From: Lachnospiraceae bacterium
GTDB lineage: Bacteria; Bacillota; Clostridia; Lachnospirales; Lachnospiraceae
NCBI GenBank assembly: GCA_041776485.1
Contig: JBHBQE010000021.1
Location: forward strand, 27,896-91,895
Length of the DNA: 64,000 nucleotides
Direction of reading: 5' to 3'
The notes beneath the pieces are model-generated. The model made no database searches. It was not told the origin of the DNA and worked only from the letters and a program-made list of their open reading frames with translations. A program made the translations under genes and the position numbers. Shown piece by piece: positions 29,077 through 39,230 of this stretch (position 1 is its first letter; each line of letters starts with the position of its first letter).

Positions 29077-30810
29077 ATGGAAATCAAGGAAGAAAATTTA
29101 CCAGAGAAAAAAAATTATAATAAAATTAAAAGGGCAGTTTTAATTACATTTGCATTGCTATTGCTTATATATATAGGTCTTAGTTTTGTTTTTGTTAAAA
29201 GATTTTATTTTAGAACTACTATAAACGGCGTTCCAGCCGCTCTAAGGGACTCTGCCTCTATGGAAACTAGAATAGGCAGGGCTGCAGAGGATTACCTGCT
29301 GTCAATAGAGTCAGACGGCTCTGTTGTTGACGAAATACATGGTAATTCCATTGATCTTAACTTCAACCCCGGTAACGGTCAGATGGAGGAGCTTTTGGCA
29401 AATCAAAAGGGCTATGATTGGCCCATCAAACTTTTTAAACCGGATAATCATATTGGCAGAGGGTTAGTTACCTATGACAGTAAAAAGCTGCGGGATTTAA
29501 CACCAAAGCTTAATTGCGCGAAAAATAAGAATGCAATTCCTTCTGTGGACGCAGTTTATGTTTATTCTGATGGTAAATTTACAATAACTGAGGAAAAATA
29601 CGGTACAGAAATTGCGCCCGGTGAATTTGCCGCAAAGCTTAAGAAACATATTCTGTTATTAGAGAAAAGTGTAGATTTATCAAAGGATAGTCTCTATGTG
29701 CAGCCCAAGGTTAAAAAGGACAGTAAAAAGCTGCAGGAATATGTGGGTGAATTAAATGATATTTTGGAAATAAAGATTGAATATAAAGAGGGGGATATTG
29801 TATCAAGAGATACCATTGCTTCTTTCTTAAATACCGATAAGAGCTATAATTTATCATTTAATGAGAAAAAAATAGCTGAATATGTGAGTGGATTGGCAGA
29901 AAAACATAATACATACAAAAAGGATAAGATCCTCAAGACATCCTATGGCGAAACTGTCAGTATTAAAGCGGGAAATTATGGCTGGGAGGTGGATGAGGAA
30001 CAGGAACTTAGCAAGCTTATAGAGGATATAAAAGAGGGCAATGATGTTAATAGAGAAATAGTATATAAGCGAAGGGCCAATGAGTATGGTGACAAGGACT
30101 ATGGTGATAGTTATGTAGAAGTTAACTTATCAACGCAGCATCTGTTTTTGCATGTTAATGGAAGAGTTGTTTTAGAAACAGACTTTGTAAGCGGCAATTT
30201 ATCCAGAGGACATGGTACCCATACAGGGGCATACCGTATAGCCTATTGTGCAAGAAATGCTGTTTTGAGAGGGGAGGACTATGAAACCCCCGTAAGTTAT
30301 TGGATGCCTTTTAACAGGGGTGAGGGGTTCCACGATGCAACATGGAGGGGCAGATTTGGCGGAAATATATTCCGGACAAATGGCAGCCATGGCTGTGTAA
30401 ATCTGCCGTTTAATGCAGCAAAAACTATGTTTTCATATGTGGAGGAGGGTTTTCCTGTTTTAGTCTATGCCTTAGATAGCAGTGCTGATTCTGCAGCTTC
30501 CGGCGCAGGAAATGTTGCAGTAATGATTGACAGAATCGGTGAGGTCACTCCGGAAAAGGGAGATGTGATTTCGGCTGCAAGGGCAGCCTATGAAGCGCTT
30601 CCTGAGGCTGAAAAAGCTAAGGTTGGCAATATTGGCGTATTGGAAAGTGCGGAAGCTATATTTTATTCTATGGTAGCTCCGACACCTGAGCCTGTTCCTG
30701 AACCTGCTCCGACACCGGTGCCTGCACCGGAGCCGGAACCGATACCGGAACCGGCACCGGTTCCGGAACCAACCCCTGTCCCGGAGACACCTTTGGAGCC
30801 AACAGCATAA
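29077..30810 (+). CDS. L,D-transpeptidase (YkuD) family protein with Pro-rich C-terminal tail
   Basis: N-terminal TM anchor. Catalytic region HGTHTGAY...GFHDATWR...GSHGCVNL. Tail is PTPEPVPEPAPTPVPAPEPEPIPEPAPVPEPTPVPETPLEPTA. Confidence 0.88.
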   Translation: MEIKEENLPEKKNYNKIKRAVLITFALLLLIYIGLSFVFVKRFYFRTTINGVPAALRDSASMETRIGRAAEDYLLSIESDGSVVDEIHGNSIDLNFNPGNGQMEELLANQKGYDWPIKLFKPDNHIGRGLVTYDSKKLRDLTPKLNCAKNKNAIPSVDAVYVYSDGKFTITEEKYGTEIAPGEFAAKLKKHILLLEKSVDLSKDSLYVQPKVKKDSKKLQEYVGELNDILEIKIEYKEGDIVSRDTIASFLNTDKSYNLSFNEKKIAEYVSGLAEKHNTYKKDKILKTSYGETVSIKAGNYGWEVDEEQELSKLIEDIKEGNDVNREIVYKRRANEYGDKDYGDSYVEVNLSTQHLFLHVNGRVVLETDFVSGNLSRGHGTHTGAYRIAYCARNAVLRGEDYETPVSYWMPFNRGEGFHDATWRGRFGGNIFRTNGSHGCVNLPFNAAKTMFSYVEEGFPVLVYALDSSADSAASGAGNVAVMIDRIGEVTPEKGDVISAARAAYEALPEAEKAKVGNIGVLESAEAIFYSMVAPTPEPVPEPAPTPVPAPEPEPIPEPAPVPEPTPVPETPLEPTA

Positions 30811-30822
30811 GAGGGTATATTT

Positions 30823-31890
30823 ATGATGACATGGATTGAAAATGCCAGAAAGGTTACCCCCTATGTTCCGGGTGAGCAGCCTATTGGTGATGATATTATT
30901 AAATTAAATACAAATGAGAATCCTTATCCGCCATCTCCCGGAGTTTCAGAATGTTTAAGAGATTTTCCGGCAGATAGCCTACGTAAATACCCGGAGTTTG
31001 ATTTATCCGGTGTAAGGAATGCCATCGCACTATATCATGGTATTTCACAGGATAATGTTTTTGTCGGGGTGGGAAGTGACGATGTACTGGCAACTGCCTT
31101 TTTAGCCTTTTTTAACTCAGATTCTCCCATACTTTTTCCTGATATTACTTATTCCTTCTATGAAGTATGGGCAGAACTTTTCAATATTCCCTATAAATTA
31201 GTGCCGTTAGATGATGACTTTAATATAAAGCGTGTGGATTTTACAGTAAATAATGGTGGGATAGTGTTGGCAAATCCCAATGCACCCACAGGTATATATG
31301 AGTCTTTAGATACTATTTCACAGATTGCCTACCTAAATCCGGGTTCGGTGATTATTGTGGACGAGGCATATATTGATTTTGGTGGTGAGACTGCCGTTAA
31401 TCTTTTTACAAGACATGAGAATCTGCTTACAGTCCGTACCTTTTCTAAATCCAGATCCTTGGCAGGTACCAGAATAGGGTATGCAGTGGGGGAAAAGACT
31501 CTTATTAAACATCTTTTTGCAGTTAGAAACTCTTTTAATTCATATACAATTGACTCTATATCTCAGGCTATTGCGATAGCTTCAATAGGTGACGATTATT
31601 ATTTTAAGGAGAGTGTGAAAAGCATTATAGAAACAAGGGAATGGTTTAAGGAAGAAATGAGGAATTTGGGATTTTCATTTCCGGATTCTTGTGGGAATTT
31701 CCTTTTTGTATCTCATGAAAGTGCTTTGGCTGAGGATATTTATAATGAACTAAGAAAAAAGCAGATATATGTCAGATATTTTAAGAAGGATAGGATAAAG
31801 AATTACCTCAGAATAACCATAGGCAAGAGAGAAGAAATGGAAACTCTGCTAACCAATCTAAAGGAGATATTGCAATGGACTCAATCGTAA
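30823..31890 (+). CDS. hisC: histidinol-phosphate aminotransferase
   Basis: KLNTNENPYPPSP, NPNAPTG and FSKSRSLAGTRIGY (PLP lysine). Confidence 0.9.
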   Translation: MMTWIENARKVTPYVPGEQPIGDDIIKLNTNENPYPPSPGVSECLRDFPADSLRKYPEFDLSGVRNAIALYHGISQDNVFVGVGSDDVLATAFLAFFNSDSPILFPDITYSFYEVWAELFNIPYKLVPLDDDFNIKRVDFTVNNGGIVLANPNAPTGIYESLDTISQIAYLNPGSVIIVDEAYIDFGGETAVNLFTRHENLLTVRTFSKSRSLAGTRIGYAVGEKTLIKHLFAVRNSFNSYTIDSISQAIAIASIGDDYYFKESVKSIIETREWFKEEMRNLGFSFPDSCGNFLFVSHESALAEDIYNELRKKQIYVRYFKKDRIKNYLRITIGKREEMETLLTNLKEILQWTQS

Positions 31891-32375
31891 CTTTATTTTC
31901 AGAAACTCTTGGGCAATATGTATCCAAGGAGGCAACAGTTTTAATTATTTCAATGCTTCCTATATTAGAACTAAGAGGAGGGCTGTTGTCTGCAAAGCTG
32001 CTGTCTGTTCCGCTTTTACAGGCAATTCCCCTTTGTGTAATAGGAAATATTGTTCCAATTCCATTTATTCTATTGTTTATAAAAAAGATATTTGTCTGGC
32101 TAAAGGGCTTTAAGCTAACAGAGAAATTTATCATAAGACTTGAGGAGAGGGCAATGAAGAGATCCGATAGCGTAACACGATATGAAATCCTTGGGCTTAC
32201 GCTGTTTGTCGGGATTCCGCTGCCGGGAACAGGCGCTTGGACAGGCTCACTAATTGCAGCACTTCTTAACCTTGACATAAAAAAGGCAAGCATTTCAATA
32301 CTGCTTGGCATTGCTATGGCAACTATCATTATGTCCTTTGTTGCCTATGGATTATTGGGACTTTTGATTGGATAA
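31875..32375 (+). CDS. small membrane protein of the putative small multidrug export family
   Basis: PILELRGGL motif, four predicted TM helices, GIPLPGTGAWTGSL. Confidence 0.65.
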   Translation: MDSIVTLFSETLGQYVSKEATVLIISMLPILELRGGLLSAKLLSVPLLQAIPLCVIGNIVPIPFILLFIKKIFVWLKGFKLTEKFIIRLEERAMKRSDSVTRYEILGLTLFVGIPLPGTGAWTGSLIAALLNLDIKKASISILLGIAMATIIMSFVAYGLLGLLIG

Positions 32376-32378
32376 ATT

Positions 32379-32567
32379 ATGGATTGGATAGGACTTTTAA
32401 TAAATATTATTGCGTTATTTATAGGATTTTTTATTTATATTGGGATTTACCACACCAGATTTGGGGATAAATTGGAAAAATATAAGTATCCCGTGCTGCT
32501 GGCAGTACTGATTATTGTATGTATTATAGGGTGGGTGCTGAAGTTTGTTTTTTCAAAAATCCTGTGA
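32379..32567 (+). CDS. small hypothetical membrane protein (62 aa)
   Basis: Two hydrophobic helices. Tightly follows the previous gene. No motif. Confidence 0.45.
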   Translation: MDWIGLLINIIALFIGFFIYIGIYHTRFGDKLEKYKYPVLLAVLIIVCIIGWVLKFVFSKIL

Positions 32568-32607
32568 TAATATTAAATAAATATATTGTATAAATTGGAG
32601 GTGTGAT

Positions 32608-32976
32608 ATGGCATCTGAGAAGAAAAGTTTTAATTTAACAAATGAGATAAGCATAACAGAGGATGTTGTGGCAATAATAGCCGGACTTAGTGCTACTGAG
32701 GTGGATGGTGTTGTATCCTTGGAGGGAGATTTAAAGAGTAAAATTATAGAAAAAGCCGGACTCGGAAAGCTTTCTAAGGGCGTAAAGATAATTACAAAGA
32801 ATGATGGAGAGATAGTAATCAGACTTTCCATAAATATAGAGTATGGCAAGGAGATTAGAGAGGTATCTTCCAAGGTACAGGAAAAGGTGAAAACCACAGT
32901 GGAAAATATGACAGGTATGTCAGTTTCAAAAGTGGATATTAAAATATCCTCAGTTGTGCTGGAATCTGCTCAATGA
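32608..32976 (+). CDS. Asp23/Gls24 family envelope stress protein
   Basis: ISITEDVVAIIAGLSATEVDGVVSL is typical of the alkaline-shock protein family. GGAGGTG RBS. Confidence 0.85.
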   Translation: MASEKKSFNLTNEISITEDVVAIIAGLSATEVDGVVSLEGDLKSKIIEKAGLGKLSKGVKIITKNDGEIVIRLSINIEYGKEIREVSSKVQEKVKTTVENMTGMSVSKVDIKISSVVLESAQ

Positions 32977-33362
32977 ACAAAAGAAAAGAACGAGAACTGT
33001 TTTTTAAGTCAGTTTTTATTATAGATTTTTTTGACAATAAAAAAGAAGCAAGAGAGCATGTTGAGAATTTTTTAACTGCTGAAGGCTGTGATATTTTAGA
33101 GGCATTTTTAGTCCGCATAGATAATATTATGGCGAAACTTTCAGATATTGATAATCTTATTGACAGTATATCCCGTGGCTGGAAAACCAGCAGAATGTCC
33201 AAGGTGGATTTGGCTCTTTTGCGTGTGGCAATATATGAAATTAATTACGAAGGTCTTAGTATGGGAATTGCCATAAATGAGGTGGTGGAATTGGCTAAAG
33301 TATATGGTGGCGAGCGTTCCTTTGCCTTTATAAATGGAGTTCTGGGCAAAGTGAGTAACTAG
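32973..33362 (+). CDS. nusB: transcription antitermination factor NusB
   Basis: Size and motifs (DLALLRVAIYEI, INEVVELAKVYGG...FINGVLGK). Position is upstream of xseA. Confidence 0.88.
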   Translation: MNKRKERELFFKSVFIIDFFDNKKEAREHVENFLTAEGCDILEAFLVRIDNIMAKLSDIDNLIDSISRGWKTSRMSKVDLALLRVAIYEINYEGLSMGIAINEVVELAKVYGGERSFAFINGVLGKVSN

Positions 33363-34613
33363 ATGGCTTACTCAGTTAGCTTTGTTACGAGATATATAAA
33401 ATCTCTGCTGGAAAATGATCTGCATCTTCAATCGATAAAGGTTGAGGGAGAAGTCTCCAATATAACCTATCAAAGCAATGGGAACATATACTTTACATTA
33501 AAGGATGATTCGGCATTGCTTCCATGCGTAATGTTTAAATCAAATGGGAGAAGACTGGCATTTAGACCTGATACCGGATCCAAAATTGAAGTGTCAGGCA
33601 GAATTTCCTTATATGAACCCAATGGTAAATATCAGCTTATTGCCACCAGTATAAAAGCCTGTGGACAGGGGGAACTTTACAGGCGGTTTATGGAGTTAAA
33701 GGAGGAACTGGAAGAGGCGGGAATGTTTGACTCCTCCTATAAAAGATTAATTCCCAGTCATATTAGAACCCTAGGTGTAATAACTTCTCCCACAGGTGCT
33801 GCCATAAGGGATATTATTAGTATTGCAACAGGAAAGAACCCATATATTTCAATTATTCTATATCCTGCATTGGTGCAGGGTGAGGGTGCTAAAGAAAGCC
33901 TTGCAAGGGGTATCTGCACTCTTGACAGTATGGGATTAGATGTGATTATTCTAGGTCGCGGGGGAGGTTCCATGGAGGATCTTTGGGCATTTAATGAAAG
34001 AATTGTGGCAGAGGCAATTTTTGCGTCAAATACCCCAATTATATCGGCAGTAGGGCATGAAACAGATTTTTCCATATCGGATTATGTGGCGGATTTAAGA
34101 GCGCCCACTCCTACAGCAGCGGCAGAAATAGCAGTTTATTCTATGGAGGAGCTTAAGGGTAATTTAGCCGGTATTTACGGTAGGCTAAATAATGATATAT
34201 ATAGCGTTATAGAAAAGAACCAAAAAAGGGCAGAGTATTCCCATAAGCATATACTTAGCTTAAGCCCCAAAGCTATATTAAATAGAAAAAGGGTAAGGCT
34301 TCAAAATGTATCAAAGCTTATGTATAATGCTATGAAAAGTAAGCTGGATAGAGGAGAAAAGCTTCAAAATATGGCAAAACTTTTGGATAATACTATGCTG
34401 AATAAGCTGGAGCTTTCCCGGGAAAATATTAAAAGAATGGCTAATGGATTAAATGCTCTGTCCCCTGCAGCCAGACTGTCTCAGGGTTATTCCTATATTA
34501 CTGACAGTGAGGGTAAGAATATATACAAAAAAGATGATGTAAGCCCGGGGGATAGAGTGAATATTCGGGTTTGCGACGGTGATATAATTGCAGAGGTAAG
34601 AGAGGTGATATAA
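33363..34613 (+). CDS. xseA: exodeoxyribonuclease VII large subunit
   Basis: OB-fold N-terminus (VEGEVSN...GNIYFTLKD) and catalytic core GVITSPTGAAIRD, RGGGS.EDLWAFN and GHETD. Confidence 0.93.
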   Translation: MAYSVSFVTRYIKSLLENDLHLQSIKVEGEVSNITYQSNGNIYFTLKDDSALLPCVMFKSNGRRLAFRPDTGSKIEVSGRISLYEPNGKYQLIATSIKACGQGELYRRFMELKEELEEAGMFDSSYKRLIPSHIRTLGVITSPTGAAIRDIISIATGKNPYISIILYPALVQGEGAKESLARGICTLDSMGLDVIILGRGGGSMEDLWAFNERIVAEAIFASNTPIISAVGHETDFSISDYVADLRAPTPTAAAEIAVYSMEELKGNLAGIYGRLNNDIYSVIEKNQKRAEYSHKHILSLSPKAILNRKRVRLQNVSKLMYNAMKSKLDRGEKLQNMAKLLDNTMLNKLELSRENIKRMANGLNALSPAARLSQGYSYITDSEGKNIYKKDDVSPGDRVNIRVCDGDIIAEVREVI

Positions 34614-34840
34614 TGGCTAAGAAAAAAGAAATAAAAATTGAAGAGGGTTTAGAGCGCCTGGAATATATACTTAGCCGCATGGAGGAAAAGGATATTGAGC
34701 TTATGGAGTCCTTTGAACTGTATGAAGAGGGTGTTGGTCTATTAAAAAATATTGTGAAACAGATAGATAATGTTGAGAAAAAAGTGCAGATTCTTTCTCA
34801 GGAGGGAGGGTTAACAGATTTTTTGGGTGAGGCGGAATGA
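34613..34840 (+). CDS. xseB: exodeoxyribonuclease VII small subunit
   Basis: 75 aa helical protein. ATG overlaps the xseA stop. Confidence 0.88.
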   Translation: MAKKKEIKIEEGLERLEYILSRMEEKDIELMESFELYEEGVGLLKNIVKQIDNVEKKVQILSQEGGLTDFLGEAE

Positions 34841-35721
34841 GGGACCTACTTTTAGCTAAAACCAGGGAGGTTGAAGATATTATATATCCCTATTTTAATT
34901 TGGAGAGGGAGATTACAGAAAGTCTCAGGGAGCCAATGGAATATTCACTTAAGGCAGGCGGAAAACGGCTTCGTCCCATGCTAATGAGAGAGGCTTCACT
35001 TTTATACTCAAAAAATCCAAATACATTGCCGTTATTCATGGCAGCTATTGAAATGATACATACCTATTCTCTTGTACATGATGACCTGCCGGATATGGAT
35101 AATGATGAGCTTCGCCATGGAAAAATGTCAACTCACAGGAAATTCGGTTCGGCAATGGGAATTTTATGCGGGGACGCGCTGTTAAATTACGCCTATGAAT
35201 TGGTGTTTAAAGCAATATCCATGGGGGAGGACATCTCTGTAATTAAAGCGGGGCAAATACTGGCAAATTCCGCAGGTGCTTTGGGAATGGTGGGAGGACA
35301 GAGTCTTGATGTATTAAGTGATAAAACCGGTATAAATCTGGGGGAGAAGGAGATCCTATATATTTATGAAAACAAAACAGGAAAGCTGATTTCAGCGGCG
35401 CTTAAAATAGGGGGAGTTTTAGCTCATGCCAGTGAGAGGGATATAGAAAGACTTGAAAAAATAGGTATAAATGTTGGATTTGCCTTTCAAATACAAGATG
35501 ATATACTTGATATTGAGGGAGATGAGACAGTTTTAGGAAAGCCAATCGGGAGTGATATCTCTAATAACAAGAAAACCTATGTGGAAATATTTGGTATGGA
35601 TAAATCTAAATCCATGGTAAAGAGCCTTACTCAGGAGGCATTGGAGATATTATACGATTTGCCCTGTAACAGTAACTTTTTGTGTAATTTATTTGATTAT
35701 TTAATAAAGCGGGAAAAATAA
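34837..35721 (+). CDS. ispA: polyprenyl (farnesyl/geranylgeranyl) diphosphate synthase
   Basis: GGKRLRP, first Asp-rich motif HDDLPDMDNDELRHG, second motif FQIQDDILD. Confidence 0.9.
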   Translation: MRDLLLAKTREVEDIIYPYFNLEREITESLREPMEYSLKAGGKRLRPMLMREASLLYSKNPNTLPLFMAAIEMIHTYSLVHDDLPDMDNDELRHGKMSTHRKFGSAMGILCGDALLNYAYELVFKAISMGEDISVIKAGQILANSAGALGMVGGQSLDVLSDKTGINLGEKEILYIYENKTGKLISAALKIGGVLAHASERDIERLEKIGINVGFAFQIQDDILDIEGDETVLGKPIGSDISNNKKTYVEIFGMDKSKSMVKSLTQEALEILYDLPCNSNFLCNLFDYLIKREK

Positions 35722-37568
35722 TGTATCTTGATAAAATTAATAAAACAAACGACATTAAACAGTTTAACATTGATGAATTAAATGAGTTGTCTAAGGAAAT
35801 AAGGAAATTTCTGGTTAAAAATATATCACAAACAGGGGGACATCTGGCGTCGAATCTCGGTGCTGTGGAATTAACTTTAGCCCTCCACCATATTTTGGAT
35901 TTTCCAAAGGATAAGCTTATTTTTGATGTGGGTCATCAGGCATACATCCATAAAATTCTTACAGGAAGAAAAGATGAATTTAAGAATCTCAGGAAAACCA
36001 GAGGGCTTAGCGGTTTTCCTAATCCTAATGAAAATGAAAATGACCTTTTTAGAGGCGGTCATGCCTCTACCTCTATTGGCGAGGGGGTAGGACTATGTGA
36101 GGCAAGGAGAATACAGGGAACAGATGAGAGAATAGCCGTAGTAATCGGTGACGGTGCGTTAACTGGAGGAATAGCTTTTGAAGCTCTAAACAATGCCGCA
36201 TTGCTAAAGCAAAATCTCACCATTGTATTAAATGATAATAATATGTCCATCACTAAAAATGTTGGGGGTGTTTCTGCCAATATCGCAAGCCTTAGAACCA
36301 GCAGGGCTTACGTGGATATGAAAGAGGAGGTGCTCTCTGTTTTAGAGCTTATCCCGGATATTGGGAATAAGGTGGCAGATACAATTCGTACCACAAAGGA
36401 TGGGGTAAAGCGGCTTTTACTTAATAATATGTTCTTTGAGGATTTAGGAATTACCTATTTAGGTCCTGTAGACGGGCATAATCTGGATATGCTTATTCGT
36501 ATACTGAATCAGGCATTTAATTTTAAGGGACCTGTAGTGGTACATGCTGTTACTAAAAAAGGGAGGGGTTATCGTCCCGCCAGAGAAAATCCGGCACAAT
36601 TTCATGGAATTGCCCCATTTGATATTAAAACAGGTCAGGTGAAAAAAAAGGAAAAGCCGGACTATACAGATGTATTTTCCAAATCTATGAAGCTCCTGGC
36701 AAAAAAAGATGATAGAGTTTGTGCAGTTACAGCTGCAATGGCAAATGGAAGCGGTGTATCTTCCTATGCCAAGGAGTTTCCCGACAGATTTTTTGATGTG
36801 GGGATAGCGGAGGAGCATGCGGTAATTTTGGCAGCAGCATTGGCGAAATCAGGCTTAAAGCCTGTGGTAGGGATTTATTCTACCTTTCTTCAAAGAAGCT
36901 TTGATCAGGTGCTTATGGAGGTGTGTTTAAATAATTTAGGGGTGGTTTTTGCTGTAGACAGAGCGGGATTAGTAGGGGCGGACGGTTCCACCCATCAGGG
37001 TGTATTTGATATTTCATATCTGTCTATGATGCCGGGAATGAATATTATGGCACCTAAGAACTCTCAGGAATTATGTAAAATGTTTGAATATGCCACTTCA
37101 TTAAATCAGCCTGTAGCTATAAGGTATCCTAAGGGCGAGGCATATACAGGGCTTTCTAAATTTAACGGGGAAATTGAATACGGAAAATGTGAGCCGATTT
37201 ATGAGGGAGATGATGTGCTTCTTTTTGCTTTGGGAAGCATGGTTAAAACAGGAGAAAAGGTAAAAAAATTACTGGAAAAGGACGGTATTTCCGTTGCCTT
37301 AACCAATGCAAGATTTGCAAAGCCTATAGATGAGGAGTATTTATCAAAGGTAACTCAGAAAATGATAGTCACCCTTGAGGAAAATATGCTGATCGGCGGT
37401 TTTGGTATGATGACAGAGAGTATTTTAGTTAGATTGGGGTATGGCGGAAAGATTGTAAAAATTGCTATACCTGATAAATTTATTTCCCATGGAAGCCTTG
37501 GGGATTTATACAAGATATGTGGACTGGATGCTAAAAGTATTGCTGAAAAAATAAAGGAGAACCTTTAG
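35721..37568 (+). CDS. dxs: 1-deoxy-D-xylulose-5-phosphate synthase
   Basis: GGHLASNLG, VGHQAYIHKILTGR, GDGALTGG and IAEEHAV. Confidence 0.95.
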   Translation: MYLDKINKTNDIKQFNIDELNELSKEIRKFLVKNISQTGGHLASNLGAVELTLALHHILDFPKDKLIFDVGHQAYIHKILTGRKDEFKNLRKTRGLSGFPNPNENENDLFRGGHASTSIGEGVGLCEARRIQGTDERIAVVIGDGALTGGIAFEALNNAALLKQNLTIVLNDNNMSITKNVGGVSANIASLRTSRAYVDMKEEVLSVLELIPDIGNKVADTIRTTKDGVKRLLLNNMFFEDLGITYLGPVDGHNLDMLIRILNQAFNFKGPVVVHAVTKKGRGYRPARENPAQFHGIAPFDIKTGQVKKKEKPDYTDVFSKSMKLLAKKDDRVCAVTAAMANGSGVSSYAKEFPDRFFDVGIAEEHAVILAAALAKSGLKPVVGIYSTFLQRSFDQVLMEVCLNNLGVVFAVDRAGLVGADGSTHQGVFDISYLSMMPGMNIMAPKNSQELCKMFEYATSLNQPVAIRYPKGEAYTGLSKFNGEIEYGKCEPIYEGDDVLLFALGSMVKTGEKVKKLLEKDGISVALTNARFAKPIDEEYLSKVTQKMIVTLEENMLIGGFGMMTESILVRLGYGGKIVKIAIPDKFISHGSLGDLYKICGLDAKSIAEKIKENL

Positions 37569-38368
37569 TGAAGGAAAGACTGGACCAACTTTTAGTAAAG
37601 AGAGGGCTATGTGAAAGCAGGAGCAGAGCCAGGGCAATTATTATGGAGGGTGCAGTATTTGTTGATAATGAAAGGGAGGATAAGCCGGGAAGTCTTTTCT
37701 CAGAGAAAGCGGATATTCAGGTAAGGGACAATCCAATTCCCTTTGTAAGCAGGGGCGGTTTAAAGCTGCAAAAAGCAATACAGGAATTTAATATTGACAT
37801 TAGCAATAAAATTGTCATGGATATTGGTGCCTCTACCGGAGGCTTTACTGATTGTATGCTTCAAGCCGGTGCAAAGCATGTATATTCAGTTGATGTGGGT
37901 TATGGGCAGTTAGCCTATAAGCTTAGGACAGATTCCAGAGTAACAGTAATGGAGCGCACCAATATCAGAAAGGTTACCCCGGAGAATATAGCTGAGAAAC
38001 CGGAGTTTGCCGGTATTGATGTTTCCTTTATATCGCTGAAGCTTGTTCTTCCTGTTGTAAAGAGCCTTTTGTCTAATGAGCACAGCATAGTTGCATTAAT
38101 TAAGCCTCAGTTTGAAGCAGGAAGGGATGAAGTGGGGAAAAACGGTGTGGTTAGAGAGCCGAATACCCACAAGAGGGTTATTGGTGAAATAAGGGATTTT
38201 GCAGTGGAATTAGGTTACTCTATAGGGGGATTATCCTTTTCGCCCATTAGAGGTCCTAAGGGAAATATAGAATATTTGATTTATTTGTGCTGCGGCAAGA
38301 CAGAGAAATGTAATGCAAAAGATGAATTTATAGATACTTTGGTGGATAGGTCACATAGCAGTATATAA
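37568..38368 (+). CDS. tlyA: TlyA family rRNA (cytidine-2'-O)-methyltransferase
   Basis: S4-like N-terminus RLDQLLVKRGL..SRSRA. SAM motif DIGASTGGFTD. GTG start overlaps the dxs stop. Confidence 0.9.
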   Translation: MKERLDQLLVKRGLCESRSRARAIIMEGAVFVDNEREDKPGSLFSEKADIQVRDNPIPFVSRGGLKLQKAIQEFNIDISNKIVMDIGASTGGFTDCMLQAGAKHVYSVDVGYGQLAYKLRTDSRVTVMERTNIRKVTPENIAEKPEFAGIDVSFISLKLVLPVVKSLLSNEHSIVALIKPQFEAGRDEVGKNGVVREPNTHKRVIGEIRDFAVELGYSIGGLSFSPIRGPKGNIEYLIYLCCGKTEKCNAKDEFIDTLVDRSHSSI

Positions 38369-38389
38369 GTTGTTAAATGGGGAATAAAC

Positions 38390-39229
38390 ATGAAAAGATT
38401 TATGCTTATTACTAACAATGAGAAAAAGAAAAATATTGAGGCTGCCGAGTTTATAAAAAAGGAGATAAATAAAAGGGGCGGAGATGTGACAAGGTCTGTT
38501 ATGCCCGCACCCACCGACCCATCGCCAATGAAGGTTCCCAATGGGACAGACGCAATTATTACCATTGGAGGTGACGGCACAATGGTCAGGAGTGCCCAGA
38601 GGACCATTGGCAGCAACACACCTCTTATAGGGGTAAATCGTGGGCATTTAGGTTATTTATGTGATATTAATGAGGATAATGTTAAGGATTCTATAGAGCT
38701 CCTTATAGAGGACAAGTATATTATTGAAGAAAGAATGATGTTGTCCGGTGAGCTGTTAAGCACTAGCGAGGGGTATAAATATCCTGCTTTAAACGATATT
38801 ATTATTAGGGGTAAAAATGGACAGGCAGTAATAGATATAAGCATATATGTAAATGGAGGATTTTTGTATTCCTATACCGGAGACGGCATTATTCTTGCCA
38901 CACCCACAGGCTCTACTGCCTACAACTTATCAGCTTATGGACCTATTGTGGAGCCTACCACAGAGGTGATTTTAGTGACTCCGATTAATCCTCATTCAAT
39001 CAATACCAGAAGTATTATATTGGATCCTAAGGATGAAATATCCGTTAAAGTGGAATCAAGGCGATCCAATAAAAGGGATTTTGCAGTGGTGGCATTTGAC
39101 GGAGGGCAAAAGCAGAACCTTTCCCATGGGGACATTGTATCTGTAAAAAAGGCAAAGGAAAAAACCAGATTTTTGCGTTTAGATTATGCTAATTTTGTGG
39201 AACGCATGAAAACTAGACTGGGAGGCTAG
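38390..39229 (+). CDS. nadK: NAD kinase
   Basis: IGGDGTM, NRGHLGYL and TPTGSTAYNLSA motifs. Confidence 0.92.
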   Translation: MKRFMLITNNEKKKNIEAAEFIKKEINKRGGDVTRSVMPAPTDPSPMKVPNGTDAIITIGGDGTMVRSAQRTIGSNTPLIGVNRGHLGYLCDINEDNVKDSIELLIEDKYIIEERMMLSGELLSTSEGYKYPALNDIIIRGKNGQAVIDISIYVNGGFLYSYTGDGIILATPTGSTAYNLSAYGPIVEPTTEVILVTPINPHSINTRSIILDPKDEISVKVESRRSNKRDFAVVAFDGGQKQNLSHGDIVSVKKAKEKTRFLRLDYANFVERMKTRLGG

Positions 39230-39230
39230 A

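Noticed and set aside
30745-30766. Perfect 10-bp GC-rich palindrome CCGGAACCGG-CA-CCGGTTCCGG near the end of the L,D-transpeptidase gene
   Set aside because: It is explained by the codon series P-E-P-A-P-V-P (GAA and GTT flanked by CCG are near reverse complements). No T-run follows, so it is probably a by-product of the Pro-rich tail.
31808-32329. 173-aa minus-strand ORF
   Set aside because: It is antisense to hisC and the small membrane-protein gene, both of which have recognisable motifs. It has a low-complexity Ser/Ile-rich composition.
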